From contig CAVUZH010000013.1 of the NCBI GenBank assembly GCA_963745835.1, positions 704,001 to 768,000 of the forward strand: a stretch of DNA of 64,000 bases, read 5' to 3'. A program made the translations under genes and the position numbers. Source of the DNA: an uncultured delta proteobacterium. GTDB taxonomy: Bacteria; Desulfobacterota; Binatia; UBA9968. Below, in pieces: positions 19,076 through 29,220 of this stretch (within the stretch, counting starts at the first letter, position 1; the number at the start of each line of letters is the position of its first letter). The notes beneath the pieces are model-generated. The model ran no database searches, was not told the origin of the DNA, and saw only the letters and a program-made list of their open reading frames with translations.

Positions 19076-19578
19076 AAGGTAAAGTCCTCTGTGAACAATA
19101 AAGCCACCGGCTGTTTGAGCGCGTTCATCATGCGCACGGCGTTTTTAACTTTGCGCTCGAGCCCTTCACCGTCGCGGATCACATGATACTGCACATCGAG
19201 AGCTTCCAATTGCGGGATCAGCTTGATGCCGCGCTGGACATAAAGAAAGCTGTTTCGGTGGTCTTCCAAACTGCCGACGTAGCTTACCAATAACAACATC
19301 GGCACGCCGTACCGAACGCCAACTGTCAAAATGTTGTAGCAAGCGACGTAAACCCCGGTTCCTTCCATGTAACTGGCAACGACTCTGCCGCCGAGAGCGG
19401 CGCCCGCGGCGATCGACACGCCTTCGGCTTCGCTGCCCACCGGCGCCAGTTGGAAGTGGCTATCGCTTTGTAGCAACGGTATGATTTGGCTGAGCCGGGT
19501 CTCAGGCAGGTAGGTCAGAAAATCGATTCCCGCCGCCCGCAACGAATGCACCAGGCTTTGCGCCAGGGTTTCTTGCAT
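19072..19578 (-). CDS. ThDP-dependent decarboxylase alpha subunit, copy 3
   Basis: YLPETRL, SEAEGVSIAAGAALGG. Confidence 0.85.
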   Translation of the reverse strand: MQETLAQSLVHSLRAAGIDFLTYLPETRLSQIIPLLQSDSHFQLAPVGSEAEGVSIAAGAALGGRVVASYMEGTGVYVACYNILTVGVRYGVPMLLLVSYVGSLEDHRNSFLYVQRGIKLIPQLEALDVQYHVIRDGEGLERKVKNAVRMMNALKQPVALLFTEDFTL

Positions 19579-19580
19579 CC

Positions 19581-20588
19581 CTATTTCGCCTTGCCTTTAT
19601 AGAGGCCGTCGATGTAACCGCTGTCATCGAGTTCTTTGATGAAGCGGGTATCGACAAATTGCTCGGGACGCGCCGACTTGGCTTTGGGATTTTCATCGGC
19701 GATCGCGTCTAGAACCGTCTGAATTCCCGGCAGTGACGGATATTGCTTGCGCGAATATTTATCGTCTGTGGACGAGAGCTCGTAACTTCTTTCGAGAATT
19801 TCTTTATTGGCGGTCTGCCGCAGATACTTGCCGAGCACCGCGACGCTGGTCTTGCGATCGGTCTTCATCAGATGGACTGCTTCGATTTGGGCTTTGACGT
19901 AGCGCCTTGCCGTGTCTGGATTATCCCGGACAAAGCGGCGCGATGCCGCGATGCCATTGTGCAAAAACGGCAATCCCAGAGCGCCGACATCGGCAAGCAC
20001 GTTGAAACCTTCCTTCTCCGCGACGATGCTGGTGGGCGGACTGAGAAGCGTGGCTTGCAGGCGCTTGTTGCGCATCGAGATCAGCCGCTCCGGCGTGCCG
20101 CCGATAACGATGAATTTGACGTCCTTCGAATTCAAGCCAAGTTTTTGCAGCGCGAATTCTGTGGCTACCAACGATGCGCCGCGAATCGAGGCAAGTCCCA
20201 CGACTCCGCCCTTGAGCATTTCGGCTGTTTTGATTTCCGGCTGGCTCATAAAAATGAAATCCAGGGTTGCCATACCGCCGGCGATGTAAACCAGGTCCGA
20301 GCCCCTGAGAGTGCTCTCGAGAACGACCGGACCCGAAGCCTGGATGAAATCCAGCTCGCCGGAAAGGAGCGCCATGACCCCGATCGTGGTGCGAGTGCGG
20401 ACCAAGTCAGCGTCCAAGCCATTTTTGGCAAAAATCCCGGCTTCACGAGCCAGCCACGTGACCAGCGATCCCGGCGCATCGGAACTGTAGCCGACCTTGA
20501 TCTTCTTGGCTTGGGACCAGGCGCCGGTAGGATTGCAGATAAATGCAACTATTACCGCGCAGATCAGTGCTTTTATAAGGTTCATCAA
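19581..20588 (-). CDS. ABC-type substrate-binding protein, NMT1/SsuA-like
   Basis: Signal peptide; WLAREAGIFAKNGLD, PEQFVDTRFIKELDDSGYID. Confidence 0.88.
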   Translation of the reverse strand: MMNLIKALICAVIVAFICNPTGAWSQAKKIKVGYSSDAPGSLVTWLAREAGIFAKNGLDADLVRTRTTIGVMALLSGELDFIQASGPVVLESTLRGSDLVYIAGGMATLDFIFMSQPEIKTAEMLKGGVVGLASIRGASLVATEFALQKLGLNSKDVKFIVIGGTPERLISMRNKRLQATLLSPPTSIVAEKEGFNVLADVGALGLPFLHNGIAASRRFVRDNPDTARRYVKAQIEAVHLMKTDRKTSVAVLGKYLRQTANKEILERSYELSSTDDKYSRKQYPSLPGIQTVLDAIADENPKAKSARPEQFVDTRFIKELDDSGYIDGLYKGKAK

Positions 20589-20679
20589 ACGTAACTCCGA
20601 GCCGGGATTATTATGTTCTGTTTGTCAGCCTGGCGCTTTTCGTATCGAACGCGCCGGCAGATTAGCAAGCCGGATATTG

Positions 20680-22335
20680 CTACTTCTTTTCACTCGCTTG
20701 TTTTTTAAACTTTTCAATTTCTTCGGCCATGTACTTTTTCTTGAGATCCATAAACTTCGTGCCTTTGGGCACTTTGATACCGTGCTTAGAACTAAACTCG
20801 GCATTCAGGCTGTGATTGCCGGCGACTGCGTTGCCGGCCTGGATTGCCGCTTCCTCCGGCCATAAGCCCAGTGAATATCCGGACCAGGGCGGGCGCGGAT
20901 TCAATTTCGGCAAGCCCAACTCGACCCAGATCTCGCGGGCGCGGTCCATAAACGGCCGCTGCGGCAACGCCACCGGCGGAAATGCCGCCTTCAAAGTCGC
21001 GTCTACCAGCAATGTCGAATCAGTCACATCATAATGCTCCCCATCCGCGACATACCGGATAGGGTTCCAAGGCAGAGGGCGGTTCGGCACGATCCGCATG
21101 TCGCGGTGCGGCTGGCAGCGATTTGCTATCGCCCACAATAAAGATTGCGCATCGTGCGGATCGATATCTTCATCGACGCAAACGATCAGCTTGTGAATTA
21201 CGCGGGACGGCAGCAGCCCTTCGAGCGCGCGCCAGGTGTCATCGGACTTTTCTTTTTTGATCTGTATGACCGCAACCTGGCGGTTGAGCAAATCTTCGTA
21301 AAGTGCGACGCGGCGCGCGTTCACTCCGACGTTTTTGTTGAGATGCTTCAATGCCAAAGTCTCATAGGCGGATTGTTTGATCTTGCTCGACTCGCTCGGC
21401 GTTAACTGGCTGATCATCGAGACGTAAATGGGATTCTTGCGATGGGTGATGCAGGTAACTTCGAATACCCCGTTCAAATCTCCCGGGTCGAGATAACCGT
21501 GCGCCTCGCCAAACGGCCCATCGGGCTCGAGATAATCCCAGGGAATTTTTCCCTCGATAACGATATCGGCATGCGCCGGAACTTCGAGATTGACTGTCTT
21601 ACAGCGGACCATCTCCAGTGGGCTGCGCGCCAACCCGCCTGCCAGCGCCACTTCGTCGACCCCGTAGGGGACCGGCTGCACCGCCGCGTAAGTAATACAC
21701 GGCGGGCCGCCGAGGACGATTGCGGCATCGAGCGGAATTCCCCTCTCATTACATTTCTCCCAATGGATCGCGGTATGCTTGAGGCTCCCCCACATGATGC
21801 CGGTTTTGAGAGGGCCTTTGATTTGCCCCCGGTACACACCCATGTTTCTGACGCCGGTTTCAGGATCCTTGGTGATCCAGCATCCGGCCGTTAGATAAGG
21901 CGCATTGTCAAACCCGGGTGTGGAGATTGGAATCGGCAGTTGGTAAAGGCCCCCTTTGCGAATCAGCTCTTCTCCTTGACAGACGACTTCCTGTACCGGG
22001 CCTTCCTTTACGAGAACCGGGTCGATGGGCTTCTCCAATGCTTGCGACCAGATCTCTTCGACTTCCGATTCTTTGCACATCAACCCCAAAGCATAAATCT
22101 TCTGCGAAGCCGCAAGCCCGCCGATAAGAACAGGAATGTCGTACTGTTTGCCTTTGGCGTCATAGATATTCGCAAACAGGAAAGCCTTTCTTTGCTGCTC
22201 CTCGAGGCCGCGGAACTGCCAACGAACCAGCGGGTGCATCTCGGTATCTTTGTTGATGGCTTTGTCGATCCGGATCAACAGGCCTTCTCGCTCGAGAACC
22301 TGCACATATTCAGAAAGGCTTTTGTAGTACGACAT
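20680..22335 (-). CDS. UbiD-family (prFMN) decarboxylase, long form
   Basis: KDPETGVRNMGVYR, VIEG, DGPFGEAHGY, VCVDEDID. Confidence 0.92.
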   Translation of the reverse strand: MSYYKSLSEYVQVLEREGLLIRIDKAINKDTEMHPLVRWQFRGLEEQQRKAFLFANIYDAKGKQYDIPVLIGGLAASQKIYALGLMCKESEVEEIWSQALEKPIDPVLVKEGPVQEVVCQGEELIRKGGLYQLPIPISTPGFDNAPYLTAGCWITKDPETGVRNMGVYRGQIKGPLKTGIMWGSLKHTAIHWEKCNERGIPLDAAIVLGGPPCITYAAVQPVPYGVDEVALAGGLARSPLEMVRCKTVNLEVPAHADIVIEGKIPWDYLEPDGPFGEAHGYLDPGDLNGVFEVTCITHRKNPIYVSMISQLTPSESSKIKQSAYETLALKHLNKNVGVNARRVALYEDLLNRQVAVIQIKKEKSDDTWRALEGLLPSRVIHKLIVCVDEDIDPHDAQSLLWAIANRCQPHRDMRIVPNRPLPWNPIRYVADGEHYDVTDSTLLVDATLKAAFPPVALPQRPFMDRAREIWVELGLPKLNPRPPWSGYSLGLWPEEAAIQAGNAVAGNHSLNAEFSSKHGIKVPKGTKFMDLKKKYMAEEIEKFKKQASEKK

Positions 22336-22399
22336 GGCGAATCCTTTGGGCGAATACTCTTGAGGTAAATTAACAAATTGATAGCGCAGATGATGCGGA

Positions 22400-23251
22400 T
22401 TAGATAGTTAAGAGGTTTTCCCAGCCATAGCGCGCTTTGAAGCCGAGCATTTTCTCGGCTTTCGCCGAATTGACGCCGCTCCAGTTGCCGGCGCGAGCGT
22501 TTTTCACCGGGAGGCCTTGGCCGAGATACTTCTCGATTAGTTCGACAGTCGGCTCTCGCATGCTGCTCGTTGGCGCCGCGACGATCATGACCTCATGTCC
22601 GGCAAACTCCGCCTCGATCGCCAAGCGACAAGCGGTTGCCGCGTCGCGGCCGTCGATGTATGCCCATGACGTGTTGGCGCGGGCGCCGGGATCTTTCCAA
22701 CGATCGCGCACCGAGTCGTAGGAGAAATCGAACACCACACCTGGAAAACGCAAGCTGCTGATCGCCAAATCGCCGTGCAGCAACGCTACGGAATCGGCGA
22801 TCTGCTCGCCGACGACTTTAGACAACCCGTACGGGTCCTGCGGCCTGGACGGATGTTGCTCGTCCAATGGCAAGTATTCAGGAACCATGCGCTGCAAAGC
22901 GTAAATAAAACCGAAAGCCGCCGTGCTCGAAGCCATCACCACTTTTTTGACACCAAGATCGGCAGCGGCTTTGAGCACGTTGTAACTTGCGGTCACATTG
23001 TTGCTGAATACTTCCGCATCCGGCGCCAGCCCGGGCGCTTGGTACGCGCCCAGGTGCACGATGCCGTATGCGCATCTGAGAGCCTGATACAGATCACCCG
23101 AACAGCGCAAATCGGCGATCCAGCTCGGGCACGCGTTCACTGCCGGCCGCACTCGATCCAACGAAAGAACCTGGTACTCGTGAAATAGAAGTTCCTGAAT
23201 GACGAGTTGTCCCAGTCGCCCGCTACCACCGGTTACCACAATTTTTTTCAC
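22400..23251 (-). CDS. NAD(P)-dependent epimerase/dehydrogenase (extended SDR)
   Basis: VTGGSGRLG, YGLSK. Confidence 0.9.
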   Translation of the reverse strand: MKKIVVTGGSGRLGQLVIQELLFHEYQVLSLDRVRPAVNACPSWIADLRCSGDLYQALRCAYGIVHLGAYQAPGLAPDAEVFSNNVTASYNVLKAAADLGVKKVVMASSTAAFGFIYALQRMVPEYLPLDEQHPSRPQDPYGLSKVVGEQIADSVALLHGDLAISSLRFPGVVFDFSYDSVRDRWKDPGARANTSWAYIDGRDAATACRLAIEAEFAGHEVMIVAAPTSSMREPTVELIEKYLGQGLPVKNARAGNWSGVNSAKAEKMLGFKARYGWENLLTI

Positions 23252-23262
23252 GACGCTCCTAG

Positions 23263-23665
23263 TTACCTTCGCTGCATGAGCTGAACGCTGGCGTCACTCG
23301 CCACAACCCGGTCCACATAGCGGCGCCGGTCTGCTGCCATGCTCTCGATGGGTTCGATACGAATCTCATCATTGCGAAATCCGAACTGTTTAAGTATCGC
23401 CGTGAAGTTGCCGAGACGCAGGGCGCCTTGGAATGACAGACGATTTTGCGGCCACGGAGGTCCTGGACTTCGTCGATTTCCGAGGCGGCGACAAGGCGGT
23501 CGTCCCATCGGTTCTGAGTCTGCGCCAATACACGAGCCGCTTGTCGCCTCTGCTTCGGGCCCGATAAGTCTCATGATGCAATCCGCTGACGAAATCGATT
23601 TCGCCCGCAAAGATCAGGCTTGTGCGGTGCGCCATCGTTGGGGCTTTTGCCCCGCCGACAACGTC
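23263..23665 (-). pseudogene. Fragment of a second substrate-binding protein (multiple frameshifts)
   Basis: Joined frames read LIFAGEIDFVSGLHHETY../AQTQNRWDDRLVA..DLRGRKI../GNFTAILKQFG.. Confidence 0.65.
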
Positions 23666-24543
23666 GAGCTATCCGTCCTGACTCGATGAATGCCCTCGGA
23701 GTAGGCGCGCAACACGCGCAACGCCGTGCTCCGATTCTTGTCGAGGAACTGTTGCGACGTTGCCAGCGGCGAATTGGGGTAAATGATGCCGATTTCGCCG
23801 AAATCGACCAGCTCCTTGAGGCCAAGCTTCGCGGCAGTCAAGTTGGTCGGCGGCGATACCACGCCGGCATCGACAATGCCACCGGTGATTGCCCCGAGCA
23901 GTTGCGGCATGCCACCCGTCTGAATTACCGCAACGTCGGAACCGCGGCGCATTCCCCATTGTTTGAGCGCAAGATCCAAAGCGAAATCCGTCGAGCCGCC
24001 GAGACGGGTCACGCCGATTTTTTTCCCCTTTAAATCCTTGGCCGTTTGATTTTCCGGGCGCGTCATGAGCGAGAACACCAGCGTATTGATGGTATTGCCG
24101 ATCATCTTAAGGCTGGCTCCTCTGAGCGAAGCCTGGACAACCGAATTCGCGCCGAGGCGAACGAACTGCACATCGCCGCCGATCAGCGCCTGAGTCACCA
24201 CCGACCCGCCGCCGATATAGAGAAGCTGTACATCCAATCCCTGGCGGCGAAAGTAGCCGTAATCATGCGCCACCCATAACGGCGCCATCGCGCCGCTGAT
24301 CGCGCTGTAAGCTAATCGAACCGGCTCCGCTTGGACAATTGAGAAAAAACAGGCCTGCGCCAGTGTCGCGAAGAGAACTAGAGAAAAAATGGTTCGAACC
24401 TTGGTTAGGACGGCTTTGATGGCGGGATTGGTTAGGCTGCAATGACTAACGTTCGAGCCGCGTTTCGCTCTAGCGGGAATAACGACCTCGTTCATACGCT
24501 GAAACCAGATGTCGATCGGCAAGAGTTTAAAAATTGGGCTCAC
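23614..24543 (-). pseudogene. NMT1/SsuA-like binding protein, C-terminally truncated (start uncertain)
   Basis: Paralog of 29221-30210 (AYSAISGAM...LLYIGGGS) but homology stops at GIHRVRTD. Confidence 0.75.
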
Positions 24544-25430
24544 TGCCCGAGAATGCCGGCTTCCCTCAAATCGCGCTCCAGCTTCATGACCTCATCCTTG
24601 GGCATCTGCTCGGTTTCCCACTTCGGGAAGCGTTTTACCGCGAAGCCGCGCATACGAAAAATTTCCTGCAACGGAACACGGCCATACTTGCGCAAGCGCG
24701 CCGCGACGATTCGCGCCGCGGTATCGACCCGCTTCTGCGCTTCCACCGCGCGCGGGTAGTCTTGGCTGTCGAGAGCCTTGAACAAATCGACGCAGAGCTC
24801 GGGCACGAAGCTCGTCGGCGGATTGATCATACCGGCAACACCGAACGGAACCAGTCCAAATAAATCCGCGTTTCCGGTAAAAACCGATATATCAGGCAGT
24901 AGTCTCACGTATTCGAGCAACGCGCCCTGACCGTAGGCGACTTTGATGCCTTTGAGCGCCGGCACTTGCTCTTTAATGCGCACGGCCAAGCTCGGTGGAA
25001 TAGAGATACCGGAGTACTTGGGATTTTCGTAGATGAAGATCGGCAGCGGCACAGCTTTGTGTACGGCTTTGTAGTGCGCGATGATCTCATATTCGGTGTG
25101 ATCGGAATAGTAATAGGGCGGCACGATAGCCACCGCGTCAGCCTTGTGCGCGGCGGCATGCTCCGCCAACTCCACCGCACTGCCCGCATCAGCGGTACCG
25201 ACGTGAATAATCACTGGCACTCGGGACTTCGCCTGATCGAGCGCGACAGCGGCCGTCTGCTTGCGCTCTTCGATGGTCATGGCGGGGCCTTGGCCGGTGG
25301 AGCCAAGCACGAACAATCCCTGTACGCCGGCTTTGATGTGAAAATCGACCAACTGCCGCATCATTTGTTCATCGACCCGAATTTTTTCGTCGAACGGCGT
25401 GATAACTGGCAACAAAACTCCACGAATCAT
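24540..25430 (-). CDS. DHDPS/N-acetylneuraminate lyase family aldolase
   Basis: ITPFD, GSTGQ, PPYYY, IYENP, GIKVA (Schiff-base Lys). Confidence 0.9.
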   Translation of the reverse strand: MIRGVLLPVITPFDEKIRVDEQMMRQLVDFHIKAGVQGLFVLGSTGQGPAMTIEERKQTAAVALDQAKSRVPVIIHVGTADAGSAVELAEHAAAHKADAVAIVPPYYYSDHTEYEIIAHYKAVHKAVPLPIFIYENPKYSGISIPPSLAVRIKEQVPALKGIKVAYGQGALLEYVRLLPDISVFTGNADLFGLVPFGVAGMINPPTSFVPELCVDLFKALDSQDYPRAVEAQKRVDTAARIVAARLRKYGRVPLQEIFRMRGFAVKRFPKWETEQMPKDEVMKLERDLREAGILGQ

Positions 25431-25557
25431 TCATTTCTCCTTATTAAAATCGTTCCTAACTTCGGAATGACGAGTCGCAGCGAATATCTCCGAGCAGCGC
25501 AGCAACCACGAATCTGCTTTGACTTTTTGAATCTCACCAGAAAGTTACATCCCTAAC

Positions 25558-26797
25558 CTAGTTGGATCCCTTGGTTCGCACTCCCACCTGAGTATCCAAC
25601 CGATACACCTCAGTCGCTTGTTTTTTATCGACGATACCCTTCGGCGTGCCGCCGTTTAGCGCCGTCTCGATCGCATCCACCACGATCTTGCGAAACTTGA
25701 TCACACCTCGATCGGAGACGCCGAGCTGTTCGCTTCGCGCGCCGAGCAAACCCTGCGTTCCCTGCGTAACCAGATCCTCCTTGCGAATGTTCCCCTTATA
25801 CGGCATGAACTGGCGCTTGTCGTACGGCTTTACTTCTTGCGCGGGCATCTCCTCTGCGCGAATCGCTTTAAGTTTTTCGAAAAAATTCTCCTCCGGACCG
25901 CGGTAATTGTCGGCAGTGAAAAGCATGAAGTGGTCGTCGTCGTTAGGGGTGACAAACATCCAGTGCTCGCACTGCGAACCTTCCTTGACCAGTGCCGCGG
26001 CATCGATTTTAGCATGCACGAATTCGGTATCGCCGACCTGGACGATACTCGGCAAAGCCAGGCTCATTTCGTCGACGAATTCCGTGCCCGGCTCCGGGCC
26101 GGGCTTCGTCATGACGACTTTCATGCCGTAGTCCATCTCGACAAATTCGAAGTGCGGCATGTCCGTATAACTGAAAAACTGATTGCCCCAGGATTGTTGG
26201 CCATATCCGGCATTCCGGTGAAGGATACAGACGTGGGCGGGGTCCGCGGAGTTTTCGAAAAAGTTGAACCAGTTGTAGTCGGCGTGACGCACTGGCTCGA
26301 TCTGCCACTGGCTGCCGCGGTCCACAAGCGGCGAATATTTTGGCAGCGGCGGCGGATCATGTTGATTCTCCCCCATGTAGGCGAAGATCAAGCCGCCCTG
26401 CGCACGCACCGGATAAGACAAGTGCTTCACCTTCTGCGCGAAACTTGCTGTCCTTGGGTTCCGCCGGCATTTCCAGGCATTGTCCAGCGACGTTAAACAA
26501 CCAGCCATGATATGGGCAGCGAATCCCGCCATCTTCGATGTCGCCGTATTCTAAGGACGTTCCACGATGGGGGCAGTGCAATCCCAGAAGGCCGAGCTTA
26601 CCGAACTCGTCGCGAAACAGCACCAACTCTTCTCCGAGAACTTTTACTGCCTGCGGAATGTCGTGCAGGTCCTGAGTCGTCCCGATTACCAGCCAGTATT
26701 TACGAAACCATGCACCGGCGGGAGTCCCCGGCCCAACCCGCGGGATATCGGCCAACGAAACCTTCTTACTCTTTCTCTTGGCGGCTACTTTCACCAC
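25558..26797 (-). CDS. Rieske non-heme iron oxygenase alpha subunit (phthalate 4,5-dioxygenase-like), frameshift near 26441
   Basis: CPHRG..CPYHGW in ORF 26357-26797; ENSADPAHVCILH in ORF 25558-26532; removing one T in AAG TTT CGCG restores the frame. Confidence 0.88.
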
Positions 26798-26823
26798 TCT
26801 GCACCCCTATTGATAATCTGGCC

Positions 26824-26916
26824 TGAACCTTGAACCCTTGAACTTCTGAACGATTGATCCGCTTCCACGGTTGGAACCGATGGAACCTATGGAACGGCTA
26901 GAACGTTTTCAGGTTC
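26824..26916. repeat. Short tandem TGAAC/GGAAC repeat element
   Basis: tgaaccttgaacccttgaacttctgaacg...ttggaaccgatggaacctatggaacggctagaacg. Confidence 0.7.
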
Positions 26917-28293
26917 TATTTGAAACCATATTCTTTCCATCGCTGCAAAACCGCCTGCCGCATGGACGCGGTCGGCTCCGCCACTTCGCCGCGGAAATTT
27001 TTCTTGATGGTCAGATCGAGCATCAATTTCGAAGTCAATCCATCGACCGTCGCCGACGGCTCGAGCGAACTGGTGATGCCGCGCGGGATGATGAACATAT
27101 CGGTAGCGGGCTGGAAACGGGTCGTCAAGGCCCACAGCACTTCGTTGGGATCTTCAATGATCGACATCTTCGTCGAGAACAAACACATGTTTCCACTTGC
27201 CGCTTCGCGTGTACAGCGAAGCGGCAAGAATGTTATCGACGATGCCCGGTCTCATCAGCCGCTTTTCAAGTTGCAACAGCAAAACAATCGAAACGCCCCA
27301 GGGCGGCGCGTAGGCTTTCTTCAATGCCGGATAAGCCGGCTTCAACTCCTGATAAGCCGCGACCGCATAGGTTAACGCGTCGACATAGAGATGCTCGTGC
27401 GGTGGCTTGCCAAGCCAGATGTTGTGGTAGACGGGATTTTTGCGATGCGTCACGGCTTTGACAGTCATGATGCGCTCGTTCGGCACTTGCGCCGTCGTGT
27501 AGCCGCAAAACTCGCCGAACGGCCCCTCATCTCCGGTTTTCGCCGGAATCGTCAGTTCTCCTTCGAGAACGATCTCCGCAAGCGCCGGCACTTCGAGATC
27601 GATAGTCCGGCACTTCACCACCTCGACGGGCTCACCGACAAGCCCGCCGGCAATGTCTAATTCAGAGACGCCGATGCGCGGTTCGAACTGAGATGCCACA
27701 TAAACCGCTGGCGGCACGCCGATGCAAACCGCGACTTCAAATTTCTTCTGGCCGCGCTTCTCGGCGTTTTTCATGAAATCATAACCGTCATGACCCGGTG
27801 TAAAACGAAGTGTGACTTCGTTCTTCGACACCAGCATCATCCGATAAATCGAAAGATTCATGCCGTATTCGGGGTCTTTGATGATCACATGACCGGCGGT
27901 GATATAGGGCCCGCCATCGCGCGGATTGTTGGTGCAAAGCGGCAATTTGGTGAGATCGACGTCGACGCCTTCAAATACTACGTCCTGGGAGACGCCTTTG
28001 GAAACCAACTTCGGCGCAATCGGATTGCTCGCCCGTTGCACGGTCTCGTTAAACACATTTTCTTGGGATAACCCAAGCGCCAGGGCCACGCGTCGGTCAC
28101 TCGCCAGCAATTGGCCGACCACCGGAATCGTATGACCTTTAACGTTTTCAAAGAGCAGCGCCGGACTGTTCGGCCGCTCATTGTGAATCTTACAAATCGC
28201 TCCGAGCTCGTGCTTCGGATCGACTTCAACCTTGATTTTTTGCAGCTCGTGCTCTTCTTCCAAAACCTTTAAAAACTCTCTCAAATCCATCAT
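26916..28293 (-). CDS. UbiD-family decarboxylase, frameshift near 27157
   Basis: MDLREFL, DGGPYITAG, NLSIYR, EGPFGEFCGY, VLDEDV; C-terminus EVLWALTTRFQP in ORF 26916-27227. Confidence 0.88.
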
Positions 28294-28332
28294 GTCAAAA
28301 ATGGCTCCCTCACATCACTGGAATATAAATGC

Positions 28333-29217
28333 TTAGTCGACCAAAGAACAACGCGGCTCAAAACGCAACAACCTCTTCGCCTTGTCGATACTGTATCCGC
28401 TGTCGCGATCATCCAGTCCGCTGCGCAGATCTGTTACCTGAGGCAAGTAGCGTGCGACTAACTCGCGTGTGGGTGTGTCCATGATGGTCGAAAATGCGCA
28501 GATGTTAAAACGTTCATGGCCGCCGAACTCGGCTTCGAGAGCCAGCCGGCAGGCACGCGCCGCGTCGCGCGCGTCGATATAGCTCCACAGCGCGCCCGTT
28601 CCTCGTGCGAGTGGATTTTTCTTGCGGTCGAGCAACATCGAGCGCTGCGCCTCCGTATAGATTCCGGCAAATCTAAGACTTGCGACTTGCGCGGCGGTCT
28701 TCTGGCTCAAGGCATCACAAAGTTTTTCGCCTATGAGCTTGGTCATGCCGTAAGGATCTTGCGGCCGCAACGGATGGTCTTCATCGATCGGGAGATAAGC
28801 AGGCTGCAGCTTAGTGGAAGGATAGTAAAACCCATACACGGCCAGGCTCGATCCGCAGACGACTTTCTTGACGGCGCACGCTTGCGCTGCAGCCAGAACA
28901 TTATTCGTCATCGCGACATTGCGATTGAAACGGCCCGCATCCCCTAAGATGTCGGCGAACTCCCACTTCTGCTCGGCCACGTCGTAGCCATTCTCCGTAT
29001 AAGGAAAACGCGCCCGGGCAAGATGCACCACTGCATTGGCATTGTTAAAATGTTCGACGAAAGAGTCGATCTTCATCAGATCGACGGTGTAGGTCGGGCA
29101 TAAACACTCGCGCGGTTTTATCGCGTCCAGGGCGGCCACCGCATGGTTATGGGTAAACAGTTCCCGAACAACGTACTGCCCCAACCGGCCGGAACCTCCT
29201 GTGATGACGACCCGCAT
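28333..29217 (-). CDS. NAD(P)-dependent epimerase/dehydrogenase (extended SDR)
   Basis: ITGGSGRLG, PQDPYGMTK; paralog of 22400-23251. Confidence 0.9.
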   Translation of the reverse strand: MRVVITGGSGRLGQYVVRELFTHNHAVAALDAIKPRECLCPTYTVDLMKIDSFVEHFNNANAVVHLARARFPYTENGYDVAEQKWEFADILGDAGRFNRNVAMTNNVLAAAQACAVKKVVCGSSLAVYGFYYPSTKLQPAYLPIDEDHPLRPQDPYGMTKLIGEKLCDALSQKTAAQVASLRFAGIYTEAQRSMLLDRKKNPLARGTGALWSYIDARDAARACRLALEAEFGGHERFNICAFSTIMDTPTRELVARYLPQVTDLRSGLDDRDSGYSIDKAKRLLRFEPRCSLVD

Positions 29218-29220
29218 GAA

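Noticed and set aside
10204-19578. Coenzyme M or phosphonate biosynthesis cluster; TPP riboswitch
   Set aside because: No comA/B/C or PEP mutase in the window; no riboswitch consensus recognised upstream
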